Assembly: GCA_963705705.1 (NCBI GenBank) | Contig: CAVPKK010000006.1 | Location: forward strand, 96,001-160,000 | DNA: 64,000 nt | From: an uncultured bacterium | GTDB lineage: Bacteria; Babelota; Babeliae; Babelales; JABCYS01 | Direction: 5' to 3' | Shown here: positions 30,692-41,139 of the stretch, one piece after another | Position numbering within the stretch: position 1 is the first letter of the stretch | Layout of the letters: each line of letters begins with the position of its first letter | Notes under the pieces: generated by a model | Told to the model about the DNA's origin: nothing | The model's input: only the letters and a program-made list of their open reading frames with translations | Databases searched by the model: none | Program-made: the position numbers and the translations under genes

Positions 30692-30746
30692 TTTTCTTCC
30701 TTAAAATAATAAAGAGTGCACCAAGCTACCATTTCTTACGTAGAGC

Positions 30747-31280
30747 TCAACTTCCCAGGGCACTCACTCTGTTATTAATAATCTGTAATGCTGTATGTAT
30801 CGAATGTAATTCTCGCGCCAATCGCGGATCATTAACTGCCGAGCCAAATTTATCTAATTGATGTAAGAATGGCTCGGTGCGCCAGTTAAAATAACGGTGC
30901 GCATCATATTCAGGTGCACGCAAACCCCAGCGACGGGAAATACCATCATAGCGATGACGTTGGGAAAAAAATCTTGAAACTAATGAATGTAGATTGTTTT
31001 GGTTATCAGCGCGGGCTATTTGTTCAATTTGCGGGTACCGGCTACGAACTCGCGAAAGCAATGCGCGTGCATCACTATTGATCCTACTCTGCGATGCCAC
31101 CTTATAATAAAGGACATCATATATAAAAGGAGCAGCCAGTAAGCATCCGATGCCGCCAGCTATATAGAAATACGGGCGGGCCGCAGAAAGATTAGGTGCG
31201 CTTGCACCCGCGTGCATTGATTGGTGTATTAAGGCACTCATGCCAACTAATAAAACCAGGGAAAGTTTCTTCTTCGTCAT
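30747..31280 (-). CDS. Hypothetical exported/membrane protein
   Basis: RBS GGAGG, signal peptide plus TM. Confidence 0.7.
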   Translation of the reverse strand: MTKKKLSLVLLVGMSALIHQSMHAGASAPNLSAARPYFYIAGGIGCLLAAPFIYDVLYYKVASQSRINSDARALLSRVRSRYPQIEQIARADNQNNLHSLVSRFFSQRHRYDGISRRWGLRAPEYDAHRYFNWRTEPFLHQLDKFGSAVNDPRLARELHSIHTALQIINNRVSALGS

Positions 31281-31540
31281 AATTCCTCCATTAGGTGGCT
31301 TTGCCACTCAACTTCAAGCATGGTAGCCGGGTTAATAAGGCTCAGCAACAGGTAATAATTCGTATTGTAATGACAATGGCCGGCCTATACGCTGGCATTA
31401 ATGCATATTGCAATGGTGAATTGTTGCAAACTACATAGGCGTCCAAAAAAGGAAATGTATGGATTGACCGGCATTCACTTGCTGTTATGTACTTGACCTT
31501 ATTAAGTTGAACTGTGTAATTGAATGTAAAGGACACGATA

Positions 31541-32167
31541 ATGAAGAAAATAGTAGTTATAGCCTATGCTACCATGATGACTGCTGGGGTAGGGCAACCA
31601 TACCTTGAAACATCCGGCAGCCCCGAGACGCCAGCTCAGCTTGGCACGAAGCTACCAAAAGCCAGATTTACCCCACCATTATTGCCAGCGCCCCAACCAA
31701 AAAAACCGGCAAATAAGGAACGGTTCAATCCTCCATTATTACCATTACCTGCGCAGCAACTCAGGCCAGTGCCACCGCCAGTTCAAAAAAATCCGCCCGA
31801 CGCACAAGCCATGTTGCGTTACAAAGGAGAGGATAACCCATCTACCGAATCCGTACTTGCAGAAGGTCTGAAGAAACATCGGGCTGCATTGGAACTAGAG
31901 GAAGAAGAAGAACCAGAAGAAATCCTAGACCCTGAGAAAATGAAGCAGCTCACAAAACAGATTAAGCAAGCATTCCCACAGGATGATCGGTTGACCGATG
32001 ATGTTGCAGCTAAAATCGCAGCTGCCTATGCGAATTACCCTACCGTAAATTTTGAGTCGGAAAAAGTAAAACGGGATATTAAGCGGCGAATTGCCGAGCT
32101 TACACCGTCGCCACAGATGCAAGGGCCTATTGTATTACCTAATGTATCAATCCCAGCCAGCAGATAA
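31541..32167 (+). CDS. Secreted proline-rich protein
   Basis: RBS AAGGA, signal peptide, duplicated RFxPPLLPxP, acidic run. Confidence 0.7.
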   Translation: MKKIVVIAYATMMTAGVGQPYLETSGSPETPAQLGTKLPKARFTPPLLPAPQPKKPANKERFNPPLLPLPAQQLRPVPPPVQKNPPDAQAMLRYKGEDNPSTESVLAEGLKKHRAALELEEEEEPEEILDPEKMKQLTKQIKQAFPQDDRLTDDVAAKIAAAYANYPTVNFESEKVKRDIKRRIAELTPSPQMQGPIVLPNVSIPASR

Positions 32168-32186
32168 TGAAATTTTGGAGACACCT

Positions 32187-32729
32187 GTGAAAAAGAAAGT
32201 TTTGTATCTTTTGCCAATAGCTGCATTGCTACTACTATTAAATTTAACCTATAAAAATGGAGAATCTGCCATGAAATTGACCAGCCCGGCCTTTGAAAAT
32301 AATCAGCCAATCCCCGCCACATTTACCTGCGAGGGTAATGATCATTCACCGGCCCTGAGATGGGAAGGCGAACCAGCCAGCACAAAGAGTTTTGCATTAA
32401 TTTGCTCTGATCCTGATGCGCCGCATGGCACATTCATTCATTGGGTGTTATATGATATTCCATCCAATGTGCACGAGTTGCCTGAAGGCATTATGGGTGG
32501 TGACACATTATCCAATGGCGCAAAGCAAGGCATGAGTAGTTTTAATAAGATCGGATTTGGCGGGCCATGCCCACCATCGGGCACCCATCATTATCATTTT
32601 GATTTGTTTGCGATTGATACCATGCTCAATAAGCCTGCTGGATTGAGTGAGGAGCAGCTGCGCACTGCAATGCATGGCCATATTGTTGCGCAAGCAAGAT
32701 TAACCGGGCTGTATAAGAAGTCAGCTTAA
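32187..32729 (+). CDS. YbhB/YbcL (PEBP, Raf kinase inhibitor-like) protein; alternative start 32271
   Basis: LTSPAF, DPDAP..HWVLY, GPCPPSGTHHY. Confidence 0.9.
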   Translation: MKKKVLYLLPIAALLLLLNLTYKNGESAMKLTSPAFENNQPIPATFTCEGNDHSPALRWEGEPASTKSFALICSDPDAPHGTFIHWVLYDIPSNVHELPEGIMGGDTLSNGAKQGMSSFNKIGFGGPCPPSGTHHYHFDLFAIDTMLNKPAGLSEEQLRTAMHGHIVAQARLTGLYKKSA

Positions 32730-32921
32730 AATCTTATACATATATTAATTTGATCATCCAACGATTGCATAATTTCTTTCCAATAGAATCAGAATAGGCG
32801 CATTTGATATAAAAACGGCGTTTTAGAGATCGCTTTTGCTTTTTTTTCTTAGACTATCAGAATGGAGGGCCTGGCTACGTTTGGCCATCAACGTATTTGA
32901 TTCGATATAGCGGAGAAACAA

Positions 32922-33752
32922 ATGAGCATGAAAAAGAAATTAGTAGCACTTTTACTAAGCATTACCGTTGGCGCGAGCACCTTTCTGGCTGCAACTCAAT
33001 CGGCGCCTTCGTATATTAATGAACTATATGCCGCCATTTCGGTACAAGCCAATGCTGATATTATTGATAAGATCTCATGCTTGGTAAATTCGAATGAATT
33101 ATACAAAGCAAAACTTGCGGAATATGTAGCCGTTTTAAAAGGTAAATCTGCAGGTATTTCTAAAACATCCGATCTATATGCGCAGGCGTTAGCCATTTCT
33201 GAAACGCAAGAGAATCCGGCCGCAACCGCGTTGTTAAAAAAGCGTTATGAGCAGTGCATCGAAGATGAAAAATATGATGGTCTAAGTCCATCCGCTGCAG
33301 GCGTTGTTGCCTCGGATATCCCGGATCATGTACACCTTCTATATAAAGCTGTTTCAATTCAATCTAATGCGAGTTATTGGGCAGCAATAAAAAGCTGGTT
33401 TGTTTCAAATAATATCTATAAGGCAAAATTGTCTGAATATGCAGCTATTACTCAGGGCCGTTTAAAGGATGGGATTAGGCCTTCTAATCTTTATGCGCAG
33501 GCGCTCTTACTAGCCGATATTAATAATAATCCATCTGCAGCTAAAGGCTTAAAAAAGCGCTACGAAAAAGGCGTCGAGATCGAAAAGACTGACGACAGTG
33601 AGCAGCTTAAAATTGCTACATTAAAACACGCAAGCGAAAATTCTAAATATCTTTATTACGGGATTTCCGGAATTGCAACGACAAGCGTAGCACTACTTGC
33701 AATTGCTATGTGTACAGGGGCATATATGGCAGCTGCGGTTGCACACCGATAA
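32922..33752 (+). CDS. Exported protein with two copies of an ~85 aa helical domain and C-terminal TM
   Basis: internal duplication LYxAxSxQ...YKAKLxEY...SxLYAQAL...LKKRYE. Confidence 0.8.
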   Translation: MSMKKKLVALLLSITVGASTFLAATQSAPSYINELYAAISVQANADIIDKISCLVNSNELYKAKLAEYVAVLKGKSAGISKTSDLYAQALAISETQENPAATALLKKRYEQCIEDEKYDGLSPSAAGVVASDIPDHVHLLYKAVSIQSNASYWAAIKSWFVSNNIYKAKLSEYAAITQGRLKDGIRPSNLYAQALLLADINNNPSAAKGLKKRYEKGVEIEKTDDSEQLKIATLKHASENSKYLYYGISGIATTSVALLAIAMCTGAYMAAAVAHR

Positions 33753-33784
33753 TCCAGGCCGCTACACTAGACCCTCATTAAGAT

Positions 33785-34417
33785 ATGAATATGAAAAATA
33801 AAATTATCAATTTACTGTTATGCACCGCTGTTAGTTTGAATGTAGTTGAAGCTATACCGCCTGCTCCTAGCTATATAACAGATCTATACCAAGCTGTATG
33901 CATACAGGCCGAGGCGAACCTTATTTGTAGGGTTAAGAGCTTGGTTGAGAATAATGAATTCAATGCAGCCAAACTTGCTGAATACCAGGCCATTTTAAAT
34001 GGCCGCGCAGCAGGTGTGCCTAAGCCATCTGATTTGTATGCGCAAGCAATGGCAATTGCTGATGTTGTAGACAATTCCGCAGCAGCTGCACTATTAAAAA
34101 AGCGATATGAAAACTGCTTAGCGACCGAACGATATAATGAACAATTTGGCTTAGATAGCTATTATTCTGTGGCAAAACAAGAATGGAATGCTCTGGGCTG
34201 GTTGTTGATAGCTGGTGGCTCGGTTGTGCTTGGCACTATTGCTTGTGTTGTTTTGGTAAAGAAGCTTTGCCGAATGAAAGCAATGGTTTTGCAGCGACGC
34301 TGGAAATCACAGAAAACGTGGCCGCAAGATGACGCACCAAAATCTTCGTCGAGAAAGCGTTCATTCTCCATGGAAAATCGTTCATTCAAAGTAGAAGACG
34401 TAAGCGATGAGGACTAG
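33785..34417 (+). CDS. Paralog with one copy of the same domain, TM and basic/acidic tail
   Basis: APSYI, AKLAEY, SDLYAQA, LLKKRYE shared with upstream gene. Confidence 0.8.
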   Translation: MNMKNKIINLLLCTAVSLNVVEAIPPAPSYITDLYQAVCIQAEANLICRVKSLVENNEFNAAKLAEYQAILNGRAAGVPKPSDLYAQAMAIADVVDNSAAAALLKKRYENCLATERYNEQFGLDSYYSVAKQEWNALGWLLIAGGSVVLGTIACVVLVKKLCRMKAMVLQRRWKSQKTWPQDDAPKSSSRKRSFSMENRSFKVEDVSDED

Positions 34418-34458
34418 GAAGAATTTTCATTGTGCGCATCGCATCAGCTAACCTTCTT

Positions 34459-34545
34459 CGCGCTTTTATCCTTTTACCCCAAACTCACCCCATAGGGACC
34501 CCGAGTTTCGGGGGCCCCGAATTCGATAAACTCAGGATGAGCGCG
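34459..34545. repeat. Family A copy carrying a 50-bp nested insert
   Basis: CGCGCTTTTATCCT-[insert]-TCGATAAACTCAGGATGAGCGCG. Confidence 0.85.
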
Positions 34546-34596
34546 GGTTAAGCTTATCTAAGTAAGTAATTTCGTTATTCGAATAATTAGATGTTG

Positions 34597-37305
34597 CTAT
34601 GCAATTGCCTGCCGAGCTAAATATTTACCGGTATGGCTCGTAGGATGTGCTGCAACTTCCTTCGGTGTACCTTTTGCAACCATTTGGCCGCCGGCATCGC
34701 CGCCTTCAGGGCCCATATCAATAAGATAGTCCATCGTCTTGAGCACATCTAAATTGTGTTCGATCACAATCATAGAGTTGCCTTTATCAACTAGACGGTT
34801 GAGCACCTTAAGTAATTTTTCTATATCGCTGCTATGCAAGCCGGTCGTCGGTTCATCGAGAATATACATGGTCTTTGAACCGCGCTTTGCCAACTCGTCA
34901 ACAAGTTTAATGCGTTGCGCTTCTCCGCCCGACAAGGTGGTTGAAGGTTGGCCCAACTTTATATAATCGAGGCCCACCTCGCACATAAGCCTTAAGCGCT
35001 TGGCAATATTTTTGTGCGCTTCAAAGAAAGTTAGCGCTTCGAGTGCAGTCATTTCAAGCACTTCAGCAATGTTTTTATTTTTATAGCGAATACTCAATGT
35101 TTCACTATTGTATCGTTGGCCCTTACAGCTTTTGCATATCATGACCACATCGGGCAGGAATTGCATCGAAACTTTTATAGTTCCATCACCAACACATTCA
35201 AAGCATCGCCCTTCTGCTACGTTAAAGCTAAAGCGGCCTGGTTTATAGCCACGCGCCTTACTTTCAGGCAATTGGGTATAAAGATCGCGAATTTCATTAA
35301 AGATGCCCAAATAGGTTGCTGGATTGGAACGCGGTGTTCGGCCAATTGGACTTTGATCGATTACTACAAGCGCTTCTAAGTTTTCAGCACCGGTAAGATC
35401 TTGTGGTTTTTGAACAGGTTCTTCAGCAGCTGGTGCTTGAGCCCGCAGAGAAAAACCTTGTGCTATCTGTTTTTGTACAAAAGCTATCGCCGCATGTGCC
35501 GCATTTGTTTCACTCACACCACGCCGCTTTGGACGATTGAGCTCTCGAGTTAATGCCGGAACCAATTCTTCCATAATCAGGGTACTCTTACCTGAACCGG
35601 ACACACCACAAATACCAGTGAGTACGCCAAGCGGAAATGATGCTTCTATATTTTTAAGATTATTTTTCTTTGCATCAGTAAGAGTTAACCAACTCAATGG
35701 CTTTCTTACTTTTTCCGGAACCGCAATAAATTTAGTGCCTGCTAGATAAGCACCCGAAAGAGAATTTTTGTTCTTGGCCAACTGAGCAGGTGTTCCGGTG
35801 GCAGTTATAGTACCACCATGAATGCCGGCAGCTGGGCCCATATCAATAATGTAATCAGCCACGCGCATAGTATCTACATCGTGCTCAACTACCACGACCG
35901 TGTTACCTTGGTCACGCAATGTTTTAAGTGTATTAATAAGGCGGTCGTTATCTCGCTGGTGTAATCCAATACTCGGTTCATCAAGGATATATAAAACACC
36001 ACTAAGCGCTGAACCTATTTGCGTCGCTAGGCGAATTCGCTGCCCTTCACCGCCGGATAACGTACGCGCCGTTCTATTTAATGAAAGATAGGCAAGGCCA
36101 ACGTCTTGCAAGAAGGTAAGTCGAGCCATCACTTCTTTTACAATCGGATCGGCTATGGCACGTTCATGTTCTTCTAGTTTTAGAGAATTGCAAAATTTTA
36201 GTGCATCCGTAATCGATAACTCACCGATCTCATGAATATTTTTCTTATTAATTAAAACGGCAAGGGCACGTTTATTCAATCGCGCCCCATTACAGGCTGT
36301 GCAGCAACGTTCTTCACCTAAATCAAAGTGTTCTTCATTAGTGCCATACCAGGGGTGAACCTGATGAAACACCATGCCAAGCCCATTACAATCTGGGCAG
36401 GCACCTATAGGCGAGTTGAAAGAGAAGAAGCGCGGTTCAAGCTCCGGGAATGCATGGCCGCAGTTAAGGCACATTCGATTTGATGAGAATAACTGTTCCT
36501 TGTCGCCAGCTATAACTTTGCAGAGACCGCTTGCTAACTTGAAACCGGTTTCAATTGATTCTAGTAAACGAGCTGGCGTAAGTTCGTTAGTGACCTCAAC
36601 TTGATCCATTAATAGATCAATGGTGTGCTGATAGGTTTTGGCCAATTTTATATTTTTCAGTTCATCGGCTGATCTAAATCGATGCACGACGCCATCAATG
36701 CGGAATCGGTAATAGCCAGAGTTAAATAAGGTAAGTAAGAGCTGGGTAAACTCGCCCTTCTTTGCTACAACTACCGGCGCTGCAATAGTGATGGTCTGTC
36801 CGGCGTAGGTGCTTCTGATTGCCTGTTCTATTTTTTCCGGCGATTCGGCCTTAATTGGTAATGAGCAATCTGGGCAATGGGCTACCCCTATTCGGGCAAA
36901 TAGCACGCGGAAATAATCATATATCTCGGTAATGGTCCCCACCGTTGAGCGTGGGTTGTGGCCAACCGTCTTTTGGTCAATGGCAATGGCTGGGCATAGG
37001 CCATCTATACGGTCAACTTCCGGCTTTTTAGCTATACCCAAAAATTGGCGGGCATAGGATGAAAGCGACTCAACATACCGGCGCTTACCCTCGGTGAACA
37101 AGATATCAAGAGCTAGAGAGCTTTTACCTGAACCTGATGGCCCGGTGATCACGGTCAATTTGCCCTTGGGAATGGCTACATCGATGTTTTTTAGATTGTG
37201 CTCGCGCGCGCCATAGACCCGAATATGGTCATTTGATATTCGGTCCTTTGCCGGGCTGGCAGTATTGGCGGGAATTGATTGGTTTTTTATGGTCTGTTTA
37301 GCCAT
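34597..37305 (-). CDS. uvrA: Excinuclease ABC subunit A
   Basis: GAREHNLKNI, GPSGSGKSSL, two LSGGE signatures, GVSGSGKST, zinc fingers. Confidence 0.96.
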   Translation of the reverse strand: MAKQTIKNQSIPANTASPAKDRISNDHIRVYGAREHNLKNIDVAIPKGKLTVITGPSGSGKSSLALDILFTEGKRRYVESLSSYARQFLGIAKKPEVDRIDGLCPAIAIDQKTVGHNPRSTVGTITEIYDYFRVLFARIGVAHCPDCSLPIKAESPEKIEQAIRSTYAGQTITIAAPVVVAKKGEFTQLLLTLFNSGYYRFRIDGVVHRFRSADELKNIKLAKTYQHTIDLLMDQVEVTNELTPARLLESIETGFKLASGLCKVIAGDKEQLFSSNRMCLNCGHAFPELEPRFFSFNSPIGACPDCNGLGMVFHQVHPWYGTNEEHFDLGEERCCTACNGARLNKRALAVLINKKNIHEIGELSITDALKFCNSLKLEEHERAIADPIVKEVMARLTFLQDVGLAYLSLNRTARTLSGGEGQRIRLATQIGSALSGVLYILDEPSIGLHQRDNDRLINTLKTLRDQGNTVVVVEHDVDTMRVADYIIDMGPAAGIHGGTITATGTPAQLAKNKNSLSGAYLAGTKFIAVPEKVRKPLSWLTLTDAKKNNLKNIEASFPLGVLTGICGVSGSGKSTLIMEELVPALTRELNRPKRRGVSETNAAHAAIAFVQKQIAQGFSLRAQAPAAEEPVQKPQDLTGAENLEALVVIDQSPIGRTPRSNPATYLGIFNEIRDLYTQLPESKARGYKPGRFSFNVAEGRCFECVGDGTIKVSMQFLPDVVMICKSCKGQRYNSETLSIRYKNKNIAEVLEMTALEALTFFEAHKNIAKRLRLMCEVGLDYIKLGQPSTTLSGGEAQRIKLVDELAKRGSKTMYILDEPTTGLHSSDIEKLLKVLNRLVDKGNSMIVIEHNLDVLKTMDYLIDMGPEGGDAGGQMVAKGTPKEVAAHPTSHTGKYLARQAIA

Positions 37306-37415
37306 TGCGCACCTATTAAGTCAAAAATTCCTAAGGGACCTAATAGTATAGCGAAAGCTGGCCAGATTTCATGTGGTAGTGCTAGCCGGTAGATAGAAGA
37401 AAAATGGGTCTTCTC

Positions 37416-39152
37416 CTACCCTTCATGTGCCCCTGGATTATCTATAGATGCCTGAAAATAATCACGCATTATAGTAATCAGGTCGATCAATGTTTCGGCT
37501 TTTTGTAATGCCTCACTGTCTTGCAGTGCCGGTACATATTTCTTTATGTTTTCGCATATATTTTCAATCGATTCATCTTCGTCATAAAAACTAGAGCCAT
37601 GATATTCCCCCTCTTCCATTTCAATCTCTGAGAAGGTTTGGGAAGCTAAAAGACTATTAAGAATGTCTACAGCTAATTGGCGATGATTCGAACATATCAA
37701 TCCCATATGATTATCAAATAGTGCGGCACTCAACAGTATTTTGGCATACACTTTGCTGTAATGCCCCATCATGCCTGAAGTCTCGCTCAAATCGTCATGC
37801 TGGATGGTTTGGATTATGCCATTTAAATAGTGCAATGAACGTTGCTCACTGACATCAAAACGCAGAAAATTTCGATTCATTAGGAATTGCTCAAGCCATT
37901 CAATTGCGAGGCGACGGCGAACAAAAGGCGGCACTTGAGTTCCGAATATCACGTTTGTAGTATGCGCAATGGTTCTTTGAGCAGGAGGCAGGCTGTCAGT
38001 ACTAAAATATTCCTTTTGGTAGCTAGACAACCCCGGATATGAGGCCAATGGTACAAGATTTTGCTCGGCCAATGCATTTCGCATTAAACGGCGCCAACCG
38101 TCATTCCGGTAATAGTTAATAGCTAATAGATTTTCCGTAGATTGTTGAGGATCATTTGGCAAAGCAGAATTGGCAAGTTTATAGCCTTTATTGAATGCTT
38201 GAAAAAGTACTGCCTTGCAAAGCCAAGAGCTAGTCGATGACATTTTCATTCGCAACAAATCATTTCCTTGCATGCACAATTCACTAAATTCTGCTAGATA
38301 TTCATCTGATCCTTCTTCATCAGATTCTTCGACTAAAGCGCTCATATTAGCATGAATTTTTTTGCATTGTTCCAATGCTATAAGATCATCTGATTTCGGC
38401 CGATTATATACCCCAATCGCGTAGGGATGTTTATCATCAAGAAGGCATGAGATATTAGCTAAAAAGGCTTTGATTAATAACTCTATTTCAGATGATTGCT
38501 CATGTATACTGTTGATATCCTTTTCTTCTAACATACTAGCAGCCCATGTACGCCGTCGAGTAAAACCGTTAGCAGCCTTATGCACTAAATCACTTTCCAA
38601 ATCTTGCAGCAAATCACATCCCTTTTCAAAGCTCGCTGGTGTTAATGAGCACCCCTGCCCCAACATTAACATTTGTCCCGTTCGCAAAGTACCAAACCAA
38701 TTAAGATAAGGATCTTCATTTTGCTGTGAAAGTTCTGCGGCCAGTTCTGAGGCCTTAGGAAAATTTCTTTTCACGCCTGCGCCGTTGAGACAACAATCAA
38801 GCAAACGACTTTTTGCTTGCCAGCGTGTATTGGTATTATCGAAGTTCAAAGCACAAAGATAACACATAACAGCTTGTCTCTGTATTTTGCTTTTTACAGC
38901 TTCACGCTCGGCTTTTTCTGTTTCATCTTCCTGAGCATGACCAGTCAAATTTTCCGCCCGTTCTCGGTACGCATCACCAAGACCAAGATAAATAGGAGCC
39001 CAGAGTGTCGGCGATCCATGAAGAACTGAATTGTGACTAACAGATCGCAGTCTGCTCCGAACTTTTGGAGATGATGAAGATGACGAAGTTGCAGCTAGAT
39101 GGCTAACGACCAAAAAGCTAAAAATAAACGGGAATAGTTTTAATAATTGCAT
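37416..39152 (-). CDS. Secreted SEL1-like helical protein, tandem paralog 3
   Basis: signal peptide plus poly-Ser; LDCCLNGAGVKRNFPKA SEL1-like; clear similarity to neighbours. Confidence 0.8.
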   Translation of the reverse strand: MQLLKLFPFIFSFLVVSHLAATSSSSSSPKVRSRLRSVSHNSVLHGSPTLWAPIYLGLGDAYRERAENLTGHAQEDETEKAEREAVKSKIQRQAVMCYLCALNFDNTNTRWQAKSRLLDCCLNGAGVKRNFPKASELAAELSQQNEDPYLNWFGTLRTGQMLMLGQGCSLTPASFEKGCDLLQDLESDLVHKAANGFTRRRTWAASMLEEKDINSIHEQSSEIELLIKAFLANISCLLDDKHPYAIGVYNRPKSDDLIALEQCKKIHANMSALVEESDEEGSDEYLAEFSELCMQGNDLLRMKMSSTSSWLCKAVLFQAFNKGYKLANSALPNDPQQSTENLLAINYYRNDGWRRLMRNALAEQNLVPLASYPGLSSYQKEYFSTDSLPPAQRTIAHTTNVIFGTQVPPFVRRRLAIEWLEQFLMNRNFLRFDVSEQRSLHYLNGIIQTIQHDDLSETSGMMGHYSKVYAKILLSAALFDNHMGLICSNHRQLAVDILNSLLASQTFSEIEMEEGEYHGSSFYDEDESIENICENIKKYVPALQDSEALQKAETLIDLITIMRDYFQASIDNPGAHEG

Positions 39153-39252
39153 AGATAATCCTTCCATTTGAAACTTCAGTCATTGTGAGCTTGTTGCCAG
39201 CATTTCTCACTTACCTGTTATGCTTCGACATACGCAGAAAATGACTGCGCAC

Positions 39253-41043
39253 TTATCCTTCGTTCGGCACTTGATTATCAATTGATGACTGGTAATAGTC
39301 GCGCAATATAATAATCAATTCGGTCAATGTTTCGGCTGTTTGTAATGCTTCATTGCCTTCCAATGCCGGCACAGAATTTTCTATAATTTCGCAAACGTCT
39401 TCAAGCGAGCTATCTTCGTCATACGCACTAAAAGTTTGATATTCGCCCTCTCGAAATTCAATCGCTGAGAATGTTTGGGAAGCTAAAAGACTATTAAGAA
39501 TATTTACAGCTAACTGGCGATGATTCGCACAAAGGGTTGCCATATGCTCATCGAATAATGCAGCACTCAACACTATTTTTGCATGCACCTTACCATATTG
39601 CCCCATCATGCCCGAAATCTCGCTCAAATCATCGTGCTGAATCGTATGGATTATACCATTTAGGCATTGAACGGAACGCGGCACCTTATCACCAAAATGT
39701 AAAAAAGTACGATCCCTCAAAAATTGCTCAAGCCATTCAATTGCTAAACGCCGTCGAATAAAAGGCGGCACGTGAGCTTGGGCTATCACATTCGTAGTAT
39801 CCGCAATATTTCTATATGCTTCAGGTAATTCCACAGACGGCACTGGTTCAGCATTAAAATATTCCCTTTGGCAGCTAGATAATCCTGGATATGAGGCTAA
39901 GGGCACAAGGGCTTGAGCGGCCAATGCATTTCGCAGTGAGCGACGCCAACCATCGGGTCGGTAACAATCTATCAGCAATATTTTTTCCGGTGATTGTTGA
40001 GGATCATTTGGTATTGCTGCAATGGCAGGTGTATATCCTTTATTGAGAGCATGAAAAAGCGCTGCCTGGCAAAGCCAAGAAGTAGTCGGTGACATTTTCA
40101 TTCGCAACAGTTCAATACCTTGCTTACACAATTGACCAAATTTTGTAAGGTATTCATCAGAGGCTTCATCATCAGGTTCCTCAACATCTTGTTCTGCGAC
40201 TAATTTACGAACTTCCAAATGTAGCTCTTTGCATTTTTCCAAAGCTTTAAGATCATCAGATTTTGGTTGATTATATACTCCAAACCCGCCCATCGCGTAG
40301 AAATGTTTATCATCTAGGAGACATGATATATTGGCCAAAAAAGCTCTGGCTAACAACTCAACTTCAGATGATTGTTCTCGAGTATTAATACCATTGACAG
40401 CCATGAAAGCCATTTCTTCAAATATTTTGGCAGTCCACATACGCCGACACGTAAAGCCGTTCATAGCCTTCTTCATTAAATCATTTTCCAGGTGCCGTAG
40501 AATCTTAGATCCCTTTTCAAAATTCGCTGCTGTTAATGAGCAGCCTTGCCCCAACATTAACATTTGCCCTGCGCGCATCGTCCCAAACCAGCGAAGATAA
40601 AGATCTTCATTTTGCTTTGAAAGCTCTGCGGCTAGTTCTAAGGCCTTAGGAAGATTGGTCCTCACACCTTCGCCGTTGAGACAACAATCAAGCAAACGAT
40701 GTTTGGCTTGCCATAGCGTATTGACGTTATCCAAGCTTAACGCGTGGAGATAGCAGATAACTGCTTGCCGCTGTATTTTGCATTTTGCAGCTTCACGCTC
40801 AGCTCTTTGTGCTTCATCTTCAGAAGCATGACCAGTCAAATTTTCTGCTCGTTCGCGATATGCATCGCCAAGACCAAGATAAATGGGAGCCCAACCCGGT
40901 GTTAAGCTGTGAAGAACTGAATTATCACCAATAGCTCGGAGTTTACTCTGAACTTTTGGTGATGAAGAAGATGAAGAGGTTGCTGCTAGGTGGCCAACGG
41001 CCAAAAAGCTAAAAATAAACGGGAATAGTTTTAATAATTGCAT
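39253..41043 (-). CDS. Secreted SEL1-like helical protein, tandem paralog 2
   Basis: same motifs (WAPIYLGLGDAYRE, VPPFIRRRLAIEWLEQFL). Confidence 0.8.
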   Translation of the reverse strand: MQLLKLFPFIFSFLAVGHLAATSSSSSSPKVQSKLRAIGDNSVLHSLTPGWAPIYLGLGDAYRERAENLTGHASEDEAQRAEREAAKCKIQRQAVICYLHALSLDNVNTLWQAKHRLLDCCLNGEGVRTNLPKALELAAELSKQNEDLYLRWFGTMRAGQMLMLGQGCSLTAANFEKGSKILRHLENDLMKKAMNGFTCRRMWTAKIFEEMAFMAVNGINTREQSSEVELLARAFLANISCLLDDKHFYAMGGFGVYNQPKSDDLKALEKCKELHLEVRKLVAEQDVEEPDDEASDEYLTKFGQLCKQGIELLRMKMSPTTSWLCQAALFHALNKGYTPAIAAIPNDPQQSPEKILLIDCYRPDGWRRSLRNALAAQALVPLASYPGLSSCQREYFNAEPVPSVELPEAYRNIADTTNVIAQAHVPPFIRRRLAIEWLEQFLRDRTFLHFGDKVPRSVQCLNGIIHTIQHDDLSEISGMMGQYGKVHAKIVLSAALFDEHMATLCANHRQLAVNILNSLLASQTFSAIEFREGEYQTFSAYDEDSSLEDVCEIIENSVPALEGNEALQTAETLTELIIILRDYYQSSIDNQVPNEG

Positions 41044-41139
41044 AGATAGTCCTTCCATTTGAAACTTCACTCAATTTGAGCTTTTCGCCATTATTTGTCA
41101 AAAGGTGTGGTGACTCGGTAGAGGCAGATGGCCTCGCTC

